Shown: piece by piece, positions 25,898 through 36,145 of the stretch | How the letters are laid out: every line of letters begins with the position of its first letter | How positions within the stretch are numbered: the stretch's first letter is position 1 | NCBI GenBank assembly: GCA_963662545.2 | Contig: CAXXLL010000003.1 | Coordinates: 1,152,001 to 1,216,000, forward strand | From: Gammaproteobacteria bacterium | GTDB taxonomy: Bacteria > Pseudomonadota > Gammaproteobacteria > Ga0077536 | Length of the DNA stretch: 64,000 nt | Reading direction: 5' to 3' | Made by a program: the position numbers and the translations under genes | The notes under the pieces: model-generated | What the model was told of the DNA's origin: nothing | The model's input: only the letters and a program-made list of their open reading frames with translations | Databases searched by the model: none

Positions 25898-26191
25898 TCA
25901 GGACTTCGGTCTACCGATGACGATGTGCTTCGTCCCCTTGAGACCGCGACGGGCATTCATTTCCTCGGCAAGGGTCGAAGCGTGAGTGAGCACGTGCTCC
26001 TTGTTGCCGGTATGGAAGCCCGTGATCGGGGCATAGCCACCCTCGATCACATAGCGGTACCCGCTTGGACCGGTCTTATCCAGCTTACATTTCTCGACCC
26101 GCGTAACGCGATAAAAGGGCTTCTTTTTTTCGGTCTGGTCCGTGGTTTCGGGCGTTTCGGTCGTTTCGGATGCTTTCGCTACTGCACTCAT
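25898..26191 (-). CDS. Hypothetical protein
   Basis: 97 aa, GGAG RBS upstream. Confidence 0.65.
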   Translation of the reverse strand: MSAVAKASETTETPETTDQTEKKKPFYRVTRVEKCKLDKTGPSGYRYVIEGGYAPITGFHTGNKEHVLTHASTLAEEMNARRGLKGTKHIVIGRPKS

Positions 26192-26735
26192 TTTATTTCT
26201 CCACTGGTCACGAGCCGCGAAGGGCGAACGCTCTTGCCTCTCAGCCGAAATGGCACACGGTCTTCAGCGCCGCTGGAGCGTTCCAACGCTGGTCTGGGGG
26301 GGACGGCTTCGTGCCGCGCTCAATAAATTGACGGGGTGACGAAATATGGGAACGAATCAAGCTCAGCTAGGTGAGATTGGGCGATTCTGTTATATCTTGC
26401 TACAACCCGGCTCGCCACACACTACCATGTTGGCAGTTGTACGGCCACCGCAGGGCTGGGCGCCGATACCTGAATTCATGGCCTTGGTGACCTATCACGG
26501 CCGTGCGAGGTGTATTAGTTCAGGTCCTGTGCCCACGCATTGAGGCGCTTGGCTGTCCTTGAGCAGCGTCAAGCCTTCGAAAAAGACTGCTATGAAAGCC
26601 CGTGCTTATCGTAACCCGCCAGCTGCCGCTACTGCGTTTGGTGCCCCCGCGCCGTCGGTGAGATAGTTTCGAGAATTTGTGTTCGATAGTGTCATTTTTG
26701 CTAACCACGAATACCGAGACCGGACCTATTTCGAA

Positions 26736-26750
26736 TGGCACAAAAAATGC
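26736..26750 (+). promoter_or_regulatory. Putative sigma-54 -24/-12 promoter
   Basis: TGGCAC-AAAAA-ATGC, GG-N10-GC spacing. Confidence 0.45.
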
Positions 26751-27038
26751 CCGAATTCTTTATGGCCACCTTTAGGGTTTCGGAGATAACCATGTTCGAA
26801 CTTCGACAATAAGGCGGCGTTTCACCGATGCGGACCTTGAGCCATGATTGGATTTCAATAACATTCTGTTCAGGCATTGTTCAGGTAATTGCTTTAAACC
26901 GCGTGACCGAAGCCGCGTTGACTAGATCGACGGTCGCGCCCAATGTCCAATCGGGTAAGTGCGCGGAAAGGTCACTTCCCCGCTACTACAACAAGATATT
27001 CAGCTATGCGGATTACAGCTCTAAGAGGAGAAACCACA

Positions 27039-27368
27039 ATGAAACGATTGATGAGTATTACCTACCTCGTCGGATTGATGATGGCGCTTTCCGTCGGTAC
27101 GGCCTACGCCGTTGATGCCGGTGACGGCATAGAGCGGATGGGCGAAGGTGCGGTGGACGCGGTGACGGCCCCAGGCGAGATCGTCGAAAGTATCGCCGAA
27201 GACGCGAAGGAACATGGTCCCGTAGTGGGGACCGTGACGGGGACCGCGAAGGGCACGGTCAAAGCAGCCGGAAAGGTCGTTGAGGGCGGCGCCAAGCTCG
27301 GCGTCGGAGCGGTCGAAACAGGTGCTGGCATCATCAAGAAAGTACTGGAGCCAATAACGGGGGAGTGA
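27039..27368 (+). CDS. Secreted Gly/Ala/Val-rich hypothetical protein
   Basis: GAGGAG RBS, signal peptide ending AYA. Confidence 0.75.
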   Translation: MKRLMSITYLVGLMMALSVGTAYAVDAGDGIERMGEGAVDAVTAPGEIVESIAEDAKEHGPVVGTVTGTAKGTVKAAGKVVEGGAKLGVGAVETGAGIIKKVLEPITGE

Positions 27369-27460
27369 GGGATCTCCTTGACACGGACGACGGCTGACAC
27401 GGATGATCAGACCGAAAATAGAGCAATTCTGATTACCGCGCCGGTTCTTACCAACTGTTG

Positions 27461-27487
27461 AAGGGGGCATCTAGCCCCCTTTTTTTT
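27461..27487 (+). terminator. Rho-independent terminator
   Basis: AAGGGGGC-ATCTA-GCCCCCTT followed by a T run. Confidence 0.8.
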
Positions 27488-27648
27488 CATCCGAAGTCAG
27501 GGCGTAATCCGCGCCCGTCCGGTCCGTCTGGCGACCACGGTCATTGCAGTTCTGACTTTTGGTACCGTTGTGACCCTGGCGCTCGTCCCGGCGCTTTCCT
27601 CGATCCTTTACGGCGTCAAATGACCTTCGGCGACCTGAGGCCCGTTCG

Positions 27649-28083
27649 TTATATCGGAGAAGATAGGAGTTCAGCGACGTGATGACTCGCCTGTTCGCAG
27701 GCCGGTACGGCTTCGAGCAGTCTAATTTGTCGGAAGAACCCGAGCTCCCGCCCTTCGATCGTTGCCGAAACCGCATCGTTGAGCGGCCAGCAAACGTCCG
27801 CCATCGCTTCCTCGGCGCGGACCAGCGGCGAATATTCATCCAGCTTACCCTCGTCCATGAACGCGGTCACGATAATGAGATTATTGACCACGCCATTGTG
27901 GTAGCGAAACACCTCTTCCACGTAGAGCGCGAACTCATTCTTAGTCTTGTATTCCGTCGACCCATCAGGATAGCGAACCTGGACCGATGTGCATCCCACC
28001 ACGGTCGCGATGATGATCGTCGCGAGGTGTCGAATGCGTGATCCGAACATGAAAACGAACCGTCGTGTATGAGAACTGAACAT
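27649..28083 (-). CDS. Hypothetical lipoprotein
   Basis: Lipobox VVGC after a hydrophobic stretch; start uncertain. Confidence 0.65.
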   Translation of the reverse strand: MFSSHTRRFVFMFGSRIRHLATIIIATVVGCTSVQVRYPDGSTEYKTKNEFALYVEEVFRYHNGVVNNLIIVTAFMDEGKLDEYSPLVRAEEAMADVCWPLNDAVSATIEGRELGFFRQIRLLEAVPACEQASHHVAELLSSPI

Positions 28084-28140
28084 TCTGCAAACCTGGGAGT
28101 CGGCCTCCCGGAACGCGGCAGTTTGATCCTATCAATGTCG

Positions 28141-29205
28141 TCAGTTAAGGATCTGTGAAGTAAGCCGTTCGGCGGCGGCAAATTTCCTGGCGAGGCTACG
28201 CGCGGCTGATAATTGTCCGCGGGCGCGCGCCAGATTGTTCTCGCCCCGGCTCGCATAACGCGTTGCATCCCATGCGAAATAGGTTTCTTCCATGGCATCG
28301 GCCAGAAACCGCGACGCAAGCTCGAGGTGAATCTCGAACGTCGCCGGCATTATCGCGGAAATCTCGTCCGGCGTAAGAAAATTTCGCGCCTCTTTCGAAT
28401 AGCCTTCAAGTGCCGCTTCAAACAAACCTAGGTCGAAGATCGCCTCCGAATGATCTTCGCCGAGCGGGTTGCACCACGAACGAAACGCGTCTCCCAATTC
28501 GAGCGCAAGCGGCATGCGGGTGAGGGTATCGAGATCGATCATGCAGCGTGCGACGTCCTCGTCAGCCGCAAACAGAATATTCGAGATCTTGGGGTCGCCG
28601 TGAACCAGACGCGGATCGCAGGCTGGCGGCGCGCGGTGATCCAGGTGCAAGCGCTCAAGGTGCGCCGCCAGATCGGAGACTACACCATGCAGCCGATGAT
28701 CCGCATGGTCGACAAGTAATGCACGCAGGCGGGCGAAATGACGCTGAAGATCGTGAATCGGCGGTCTCGTCACGTGCAGTGCTTCGTCGAAGTCCAGCAG
28801 CGACGCGTGAAAGCGTCCGAGCAGGCTGCCGGCTTCACCGGCTTGGCCCGAATGCTCGACGCGGTTCAAGGTGCGCCCTTCGATGAAGCTCAACAAGCGC
28901 CAGATCCCGTCACCATGTTCGACACAGAGATCACCGGACCGCGTCCTCAGAAGCTGCGGCGTGATCATGCCCTTGTCCGCGAGATGGATCGTGACGACAT
29001 CGATATTATGGTTGACGCTCTGGTCGAAGACCGGGTGCAGGCGTTGCAATATGCAGCGCGTACCGTCACGCCCGCTGATCTCAAGGGTAAGATTGACGAG
29101 ACCCTGCGTGATTCGCTTCAGCTCGAACGGATCGATTTCATAGTGCTTCAACACCGTCGTCGCTGCCGCCTGCCATTCATTATCATGTTCAGCAGAATCA
29201 GCCAT
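28141..29205 (-). CDS. APH/choline-kinase-like phosphotransferase
   Basis: QGLVNLT, ILQRLH, HGDPKISNILF, IDLDT. Confidence 0.85.
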   Translation of the reverse strand: MADSAEHDNEWQAAATTVLKHYEIDPFELKRITQGLVNLTLEISGRDGTRCILQRLHPVFDQSVNHNIDVVTIHLADKGMITPQLLRTRSGDLCVEHGDGIWRLLSFIEGRTLNRVEHSGQAGEAGSLLGRFHASLLDFDEALHVTRPPIHDLQRHFARLRALLVDHADHRLHGVVSDLAAHLERLHLDHRAPPACDPRLVHGDPKISNILFAADEDVARCMIDLDTLTRMPLALELGDAFRSWCNPLGEDHSEAIFDLGLFEAALEGYSKEARNFLTPDEISAIMPATFEIHLELASRFLADAMEETYFAWDATRYASRGENNLARARGQLSAARSLARKFAAAERLTSQILN

Positions 29206-29335
29206 GCCGGGAGTCTAGCAGCCCGTCAGACCTGGTAAGAATCTGCTACGACGCTTAAGAAACCTCTGAATAAGTCATAGCACATCTGCCTTGCTCATGA
29301 AATCGTGGAGCCTTACGTTACGAACCTTAGCCCTA

Positions 29336-30480
29336 AATAGGTGTTCCAAAAACTCGATCAAATAAAAAGAACTCAGGTGACATTCAGAGATCAGAGGTTG
29401 TATCGAGCAATCTACGTTCCCGAAAGAGGTCACCTGAGTATGGATAGTTTAGTGTCATTGACGCGCTCACAGAAACGTCGCTTTAAGCGGTTGATTCAAC
29501 GCAGCGATAACGGGCGGGTGGTTCGCCGCGCTCAAGTCCTGTTGCAGTTAGCTTCAGGCGTCTCACCGACGGCCGTGTCACGCAGTTTGTCGGTCGCGCG
29601 TTCAACGGTTTATCGATGGGTCACGCAATTCCAGACCGCGGGTGAAGCCTTTCTCGAGGCGTGCGGCTCGGGCCGGCGGGCGTATACGGTGGATGACACC
29701 CTGTTGGAGACGCTCGCCGAGTTAGTTGAGCAGCCGCCCAGTGATTATGGCTACCTGCGCAGTACGTGGACGAGCGAGATGCTGGCCGAGACGCTGAATT
29801 CGTTGCTGTCACGGCCCATTCACGCCTCTACGGTACGTCGCTGGCTAGTTAATTTGGGATTCGGCTGGCGTCGTGCTCGTCCGACCTTACATCTGCGCGA
29901 CCCACGGGCAGCCACGCGCCTGAAAGCCATTCATCGTGCGTTGTCTCGAGCCCCATCGGGGCATGAAGTGTTTTACGCCGATGAGGTCGATATCGACCTC
30001 AATCCCAAAATCGGTTTCCTTTGGTCTACTCAAGGTTGTCAACGTGCCATCCCCACGCCTGGGCAAAACCGGAAACGCTATCTGGCGGGCGCGCTGCACG
30101 CACGAACCGGTCGCGTTGCGTATGTCGAGGGCACACGGAAAAACAGCGACCTATTCCTTTGCCTGCTCGACCACCTGCGGCAAACTTACCGCGCCGCGCG
30201 TCGAATTATCTTGATCGTGGATAACTACATCATCCACAAATGTCGCTTGGCACACGTCTGGCTAAAGCACAATCCGAAATTCCGATTGCTGTTCCAGCCG
30301 GCCTATCAGCCCTGGGTCAATGACATTGAGAAACTCTGGAAACAGTTGCACGACAATGTCACCCGGAATCATCGTTACTCGACCATCGACCGTCTGATGG
30401 ACGCAGTACGTGCCTTCATGCGTGCGGCAAGTCCATTCCCGGGAAACTGCCCGAGTGTCGCAAGATTTGGATCACCTATT
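29336..30480 (+). mobile_element. IS630-family insertion sequence, 1145 bp
   Basis: IR AATAGGTGTTCCAAA / TTTGGATCACCTATT; TA duplication within a CTAG target. Confidence 0.93.
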
Positions 30481-30483
30481 TAG
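29440..30483 (+). CDS. IS630 transposase
   Basis: HTH ARSTVYRW, YADEVD, IVDNYIIH, PWVNDIEKLW; probable ATG 29440. Confidence 0.93.
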   Translation: MDSLVSLTRSQKRRFKRLIQRSDNGRVVRRAQVLLQLASGVSPTAVSRSLSVARSTVYRWVTQFQTAGEAFLEACGSGRRAYTVDDTLLETLAELVEQPPSDYGYLRSTWTSEMLAETLNSLLSRPIHASTVRRWLVNLGFGWRRARPTLHLRDPRAATRLKAIHRALSRAPSGHEVFYADEVDIDLNPKIGFLWSTQGCQRAIPTPGQNRKRYLAGALHARTGRVAYVEGTRKNSDLFLCLLDHLRQTYRAARRIILIVDNYIIHKCRLAHVWLKHNPKFRLLFQPAYQPWVNDIEKLWKQLHDNVTRNHRYSTIDRLMDAVRAFMRAASPFPGNCPSVARFGSPI

Positions 30484-30697
30484 TCCCCGCTATTACCTGC
30501 GATTCGTGCCTTGATCAGCACCATTGCATGAACCATTCATGCCCACCATGACTTATTCAGAGGTTCCTTAAGATCTACTGAAAGGTGGTCTTGTTCGCGA
30601 CTTGGAACCCGCCTGGTAGTCAGGCTGATTGGGGCTCAACAAATCGAGCAGATTCGATTGGTTGATGAATGCAAACAAGTCGCGGGACGTACTGAGA

Positions 30698-31042
30698 CTA
30701 CTCGCCGAGGCCTTTCAGAAAGTCGAGCGAGAACGGCAACAGCTTGCCGACGGGATCTTTCCTAGCGGCCGATTCGGCCTCGGCCCGTTCGATCGACATA
30801 GCCTGCTGTTTCAGCTTTTCACGCATACGCGCATGTTGCGCAATGATGGAATAAGGATGGTAGGTGTCGACCACCGAACCGTCTTCCCGGATCCCCTGTG
30901 GCGGTATGTTGCTGATGCGCGTCTGTCCGGCCTCGTCAACCCAGGAGTAAAATTCCGCCGACGTCGGAAAAGCTGCGAACATCATCGCGGCCGCCATGGT
31001 GGCCTTCATAGGGGCCGGTTTGCATCGTTTTCGAATCGGCAT
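30698..31042 (-). CDS. DUF4124-like secreted protein
   Basis: Signal peptide, then AEFYSWVDEAGQTRISNIPP; start uncertain. Confidence 0.75.
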   Translation of the reverse strand: MPIRKRCKPAPMKATMAAAMMFAAFPTSAEFYSWVDEAGQTRISNIPPQGIREDGSVVDTYHPYSIIAQHARMREKLKQQAMSIERAEAESAARKDPVGKLLPFSLDFLKGLGE

Positions 31043-31051
31043 GATCGCGAC

Positions 31052-31492
31052 CTATGCGCCTCCCTTCTGCGCGGCGTTCAGTGATTTTTCGAGTTCCGCC
31101 ACCTGTGCGAGCGCTGCGTCGCGCTCCCTCGCGATCCGCGCCATTTCTGCGAGCGCTTCGAACGACGATTGTTCCGCCCGTTCTGCGCGACCTAGCGCCG
31201 CGCTGCGTTGTTCGCTAAGCAGCAATTCGCGACGCGATGGTCCGAACAATATACGCCATATACTATCGCGTGTACCGGCTTTTGAGGTGTCCGCCGATTG
31301 TTTTTCGAGGCGTTCTCGCAAGCTGTCGAACTCGGCGCGCTTAACATGCTGAACACCCGCCGCCTGTAGCGTACTGATGACCTGTATCTCATTGCTGTCC
31401 GTCGGATCACAATCGAGCGCATAGCGTCCGATGGCCTGCAGCGCTGACGCTTCGTGAAAGCCCGCTTCGGCGTCCGCAAATTTGATTTCCAT
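31052..31492 (-). CDS. Hypothetical protein with coiled-coil C-terminus
   Basis: AGGAG RBS, 146 aa, co-oriented with neighbours. Confidence 0.65.
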   Translation of the reverse strand: MEIKFADAEAGFHEASALQAIGRYALDCDPTDSNEIQVISTLQAAGVQHVKRAEFDSLRERLEKQSADTSKAGTRDSIWRILFGPSRRELLLSEQRSAALGRAERAEQSSFEALAEMARIARERDAALAQVAELEKSLNAAQKGGA

Positions 31493-31550
31493 AGCGTCTT
31501 GCTCCTGGCTTCGCCGTTTCGCGATGCCGCGCAGAAATTTTGAACCGCGA

Positions 31551-34444
31551 TCAAAGTTTGCCGAATTGCAACCCCACCTGCTCGAATTCTGCCTGGCTTG
31601 CAGGGTTGCTGATCACGCCCAGACAACCGGTGCCGGGATCGAGATACTCCGTCGCCACCCGCTCCAAAGCTTCGTGCGAGACCGCAAGCACCTGGTCCCG
31701 AAACGCCGCGCGAAATACATCATCGCGGCCATACAGCGCGTTGAAAAACGCCCGTTCGGCCTCTCCGGACGGCGAGCGCGGTTGGTCGAGTGCACGAATT
31801 GTTCCGAGGATGGATTCTTCGAGACGCCGCGGATCGCGATCACCAACAAACCAGTCGAGCGCGGCATCGAAATCGGAAAGCGTTGCGAGCGCGCGTGGAT
31901 CACGGTAAGAGAAGAATCGAAACACGCAGGCGTCGGGATCGAATCCAGCACCGGAACCATAGGCACCGCCCTTTTCCCGGATCTCGCCGTGCAGGAAGCC
32001 ATCCTGCAGATAGCGGCCAAGCACTGCCAGAGCAGGTACGTCGGGAGAATTTTCCGCCGGCCCCGGGTAGGCCTTTGCACAAAAATTGATCAGGGAACTC
32101 GTCGACCATCCGTTCCTGACTTCGAACGGCACGATCTTGGGCAGGAAATCTCCGGACGTGCCGGCGCGCGTCGGCATCGTCGCTTCACACAGCGCCGTGG
32201 CATCGGCAAGCGCCTGATCTTCGCCGATAAGGAGAATTCTTCTGGGCGCCGCCAGGAATTTCGCGCGCATCGATTCAAACAACGGAAACAGAGAGGTAAA
32301 TTCGGCGTCGGTGACTTTAAGGTCCGCCAGATATTGCACGTAGCGAATCGCGCCGGGCCCGTCCCACAAATCGTCGAGTGCGGCACCGACACTCAGCGTT
32401 CTCGCCGCCGCACAGATCGCGAGATGATGGCCGTGGTCGGTGATCGACTGCTCCGCTTCGGCCCTCGATTGCGCAATGAGTTCGCGCAATCGATCGTGTT
32501 CATCAAAGCGCGCACCGTGCAATAGGTCCAAGGTTTCGTCGATGATGTCGTCGCGTTTGCGGGCAAGGCCCTTGCCTGCGATGATCAGCCACCCAAGCAT
32601 GCTGTCTTTGTTGTCGATACGCGCCCGCGCAAGGGCGTGTGTCCCGTAACTTCCGGTCAGGGCGCGCCGCGACTGCACCGCCATGTAGTCTTCGTCCCCG
32701 TGACCCAACTCTGTCAGGTATTCGCACAGCAGCGGCAGCGCTCTCAATTCGTCCGGCGATAAGTCCGGCAGGTCAAATGCGACCTGAATACGGAAAATGC
32801 CATAGCGCACTCGTATTCGAATGTATCGAATCCCCGTGCCTGCGCTGTTTTCGCCACCGGTGCCGGCACGGGCGACGGTACGTCGCCAAGCGTAACCTTC
32901 GGCAGGATCGCTGGATCGTCTTCTTGGGCCTGCCTCGACCGCAATTCCTCGGATTGCGCGACGACCCGTTCGACGTCCACGGCGTTCATACCACGCTTCA
33001 GGTCTTTGAGACGACGGCGTTCGGCGGTGGCGTCCGCCGCAGCTTTGTTTTCGTCGGGACACATCACCACGCGCACACGATGCATGTTGTCGATAAGATT
33101 TTTACGCACCAAACGCGAAACGAAATCCGGATCTTCGATGTTCTTGCGCAGGCGTTCGAGCGCCGGGGCGACATCGAGCAGGGGCTCGGGATCGCTGCGG
33201 TACAGGGCTGCAGGCAGTACCCTTCCCATGAGCTGCAAGCCAAAAGGATAACTCCCGCTGCCTATGTCGCGCTGCGCCAGTTCAAGTCGATCGACGACGG
33301 CCGTGAGCTCCGCCGCTCCCGAGCGCTTGGAGCCGACCTGATTCAGAATGTCGAAAAGGCCCGCTTCGAAAGCCTCAGCATGGACCGCCTCGCTGCCTTC
33401 CACGCCGCAGATAAATACCAGCTGGCAGGCCGAATCATCGACCCCGCAAAGTTCCGACGGCGCGTTCGCAAGCTCGGTTATCTCGAGATAGTGCCGCAGT
33501 GGCGACGCACTGTGCTCGAGCAGCAGTGACGAAAGAAATTGGGCGTTGACGAAATCCTCGACGTCGGCGGTATCGCCGATCACCCAGGCCCACACGATAT
33601 GCGTATTACGTGGTTCGAGTTCGTCAACGTCATACGTCACAACCAACTCCCGCGGTGCATCAAACGGTGCCTGCGGCGCGCTCACGATGACCTCCTCAGT
33701 CACTTCGAATCGATCGAGTACGAGTTCCGTGAACCGCTGCTGGTGTTCGGCTTCAGGGAAACTTCCGTAAGTCATAAACACCGCGTTGCCCGGATGGTAA
33801 TGCTTCTTGTGGAATGCCCGCAGTTCATCGTAGCTAAGATTCGGTATCGCCATCGGATCGCCACCGCTATTGTGCCGATAAACGACGTCAGGAAACAAAG
33901 TGCAGTGCGTGTGTTGCCAGAGCTGCGCCACGGGTGAACTCATCGCGCCCTTCATCTCGTTGTAGACCACACCGTGGTATTCGAGCCGCGGCTCGTCGTC
34001 ATCCGGGCTGTCGCTGAGTTCCAGCCGCCATCCCTCCTGAGCGAAATCCAAGGGATCGAGTCGCGGGAAAAACACCGCGTCGAGATAGACCGACAACAGA
34101 TTGTCGAAATCCTTGCGATTCTGGGTAGCGAACGGGTAAGCGGTACTGTCGCCGCTAGTGAAGGCATTCATGAAGGTATTCAGCGAACGACGGAGCATCA
34201 TGAAGAAGGGGTCTCTTACCGGATAACGTTCGCTGCCGCACAAGGTCGTATGCTCGAGAATGTGCGCTACGCCCGTTGAATCCTGGGGCAAGGTTGGGAA
34301 CGCCACCATAAAGGCATTATGTGAATCGGCGCTGTCGAGATGATAATGCCGGGCGCCCGTACCCTGATGCTGGTAACGACGAAGCTCGAGACCCAGCGAA
34401 GCTACGCTTGTCGAAGACAATAATTCGAAACCGGTGTTAGCCAT
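31551..34444 (-). pseudogene. M16C presequence-protease-like peptidase (PreP/Cym1), frameshifted near 32803
   Basis: HILEHTTLCGS, MNAFT, VVYNEMKG in one frame; IREKGGAYG, FFSYRDP in the next. Confidence 0.85.
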
Positions 34445-34501
34445 TAATCTTGTTTTCCTGGGTTTTTGCCGGCACGATATTTTCGCGCGAATGCCAGCTT
34501 G

Positions 34502-34663
34502 GGAATCTCTGGATAAGTTATGGTGCGCGTGAATGGTGCATGAAATCGTGCAGATCTAGGCACGAATCGCAGGCCATAGCGGGGACTATGGGCAAGATTC
34601 GTAACGTAAGGCTCCGCGATTTCAGGCGCAATGCCGGTGTGCCATAACTTATTCAGAGGTTCC
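34502..34663. mobile_element. Family A element copy A5, 162 bp
   Basis: GGAATCTCTGGATAAGTTATGG / CCATAACTTATTCAGAGGTTCC; flanks CTTG/CTAG. Confidence 0.88.
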
Positions 34664-34778
34664 CTAGAGTACGGCCAGGATATGATTTTAGCGGAGGAAC
34701 ACCCACACTACGACAGGCCATGAGATACGGAACATCGATCGAAATCGAACCGTACACGAAACTGAGGAGGAATCGTTA

Positions 34779-35261
34779 ATGCCATCTTTCGATGTCGTAT
34801 CCGAAGTCGATAAACACGAACTGACCAACGCGATAGACCAGACGAATCGTGAGGTTACCAATCGGTTCGATTTTAAAGGGACGAACGCACGGGTAGAACG
34901 CAACGACAACGTGTTAACTATCATTGCCGTCGCCGAGTTCCAGATTAAGCAAATCGTCGATATCCTGCAGGTCAAAATGACCAAGCGCGGAATCGACATC
35001 GATTGCCTTGATTTTCAGGAGGTCACCGAATCCAATAATGAGACACGTCAAAACGTAAACGTGCGGGAGGGCATAGAAAAGGACATCGCCAGAAAAATGA
35101 TAAAACTGATCAAGGACAGCAAAATCAAGGTTCAGGCTCAAATTCAACAAATTCAGCTTCGGGTATCAGGCAAGAAGCGAGACGATCTGCAAAACGTCAT
35201 CGCCGAATTAAAGGCCGCAAAATTAGGATTGCCGCTGCAGTACGTCAATTTTCGGGATTGA
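34779..35261 (+). CDS. yajQ: YajQ family nucleotide-binding protein
   Basis: MPSFDVVSEVD, RFDFKG, RVSGKKRDDLQ, NFRD. Confidence 0.97.
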   Translation: MPSFDVVSEVDKHELTNAIDQTNREVTNRFDFKGTNARVERNDNVLTIIAVAEFQIKQIVDILQVKMTKRGIDIDCLDFQEVTESNNETRQNVNVREGIEKDIARKMIKLIKDSKIKVQAQIQQIQLRVSGKKRDDLQNVIAELKAAKLGLPLQYVNFRD

Positions 35262-35308
35262 AAGCGACCGCCGCCCATGCGAAAAGGGGTAGAGAACGCG
35301 AATAAACC

Positions 35309-35497
35309 ATGGCCATTCAGACCGAAGAATTCCTGGATTGCCCGTACTGCGGAGAACGCGTCAGCATCCTAGTTGACCATTCCGTCCCTTCACAAACCAC
35401 CATCGAAGACTGTGAAGTCTGCTGCCAGCCAATCGATATCATATGCGCCGTCGACGGCGGACGGGCCTGCTTGTCGGTGTCACGCGCTGATGATTGA
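35309..35497 (+). CDS. CPXCG motif cysteine-rich protein
   Basis: CPYCGE, EDCEVCCQPI. Confidence 0.88.
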   Translation: MAIQTEEFLDCPYCGERVSILVDHSVPSQTTIEDCEVCCQPIDIICAVDGGRACLSVSRADD

Positions 35498-35543
35498 ATT
35501 GTTTCCCCCTGGTCGAGGCGTGTGCCCTAGCCAGGATAGTTAA

Positions 35544-35705
35544 GCAACCTCTGAATAAGTCATGGCACCTCTGCCCTGCCCATGAAATCGCGGAGCCTTA
35601 CGTTACGAACCTTAGCCCTAATCCCCGCTATGGCCGACGAATCGTGCCTTGACCTGCACCATTACATGAACCATTCAGACGCACCATGACTTATTCAGAG
35701 GTTCC
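35544..35705. mobile_element. Family A element copy A6, 162 bp
   Basis: Same IRs; flanks TTAA/CTAA. Confidence 0.88.
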
Positions 35706-35714
35706 CTAAGGCGC

Positions 35715-36056
35715 GTGTCGGGCGGAATGTGGCTTTTGATCGGATCCGGCGCCGCCATTGCTGCCTGGATTTGGATAAGCCGGGCGCGCGAACGGGTGGA
35801 TTTGATCAGCCGCGAAGTGTGTTCGGATTTACATCTGCAGCGCCTCGACGAATCGGTCGCTTTACGTCGAGTTTCTCTGCAAAGGGCCGAACACGGCATC
35901 CAGGTGCGGCGAGTATTTAGTTTCGAATTCAGCACCGACGGCGCGGACCGGCGCCGCGGCGACGTGTGCCTGTTGGGAATGGCAGCGATCCCGGCCTGGG
36001 TACGAATCGATCACCCGGACGGCATGATCTTTATCGATCTCGAAAATCCCAGATGA
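35715..36056 (+). CDS. DUF3301-like protein
   Basis: N-terminal TM, LQRLDESV, FEFSTDGADRRRG. Confidence 0.8.
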   Translation: MSGGMWLLIGSGAAIAAWIWISRARERVDLISREVCSDLHLQRLDESVALRRVSLQRAEHGIQVRRVFSFEFSTDGADRRRGDVCLLGMAAIPAWVRIDHPDGMIFIDLENPR

Positions 36057-36064
36057 ACAGATAT

Positions 36065-36095
36065 TTAGAGAACTTCTGAATAAGTCATGGCGCCT
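36065..36095. repeat. Solo end of a family A element
   Basis: TTAG-AGAACTTCTGAATAAGTCATGGCGCCT. Confidence 0.7.
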
Positions 36096-36145
36096 TTGCG
36101 ACAAAGGTATTGGTATTAATGCATGGACACCATTGACTTCGAGCT

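Larger units (their letters stand above)
29259..30567. mobile_element. Family A element copy A4, split by IS630 (162 bp without the IS and one TA)
   Basis: Left part from 29259, right part to 30567; TTAA flanks 29255-29258 and 30568-30571. Confidence 0.88.

Noticed and set aside
26520-26741. Possible integrase N-terminal remnant (KRSSGSWRVTI)
   Set aside because: Too short, no catalytic region; I noticed no duplicate of the tRNA 3' end marking an island boundary.
32795-32810. Programmed ribosomal frameshift in the M16 peptidase
   Set aside because: No slippery sequence seen at the junction.
34450-34647. Small ORFs running through family A elements (also 2796-2984, 15368-15703, 35675-35935)
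   Set aside because: Starts and stops differ between copies; no transposase motif.
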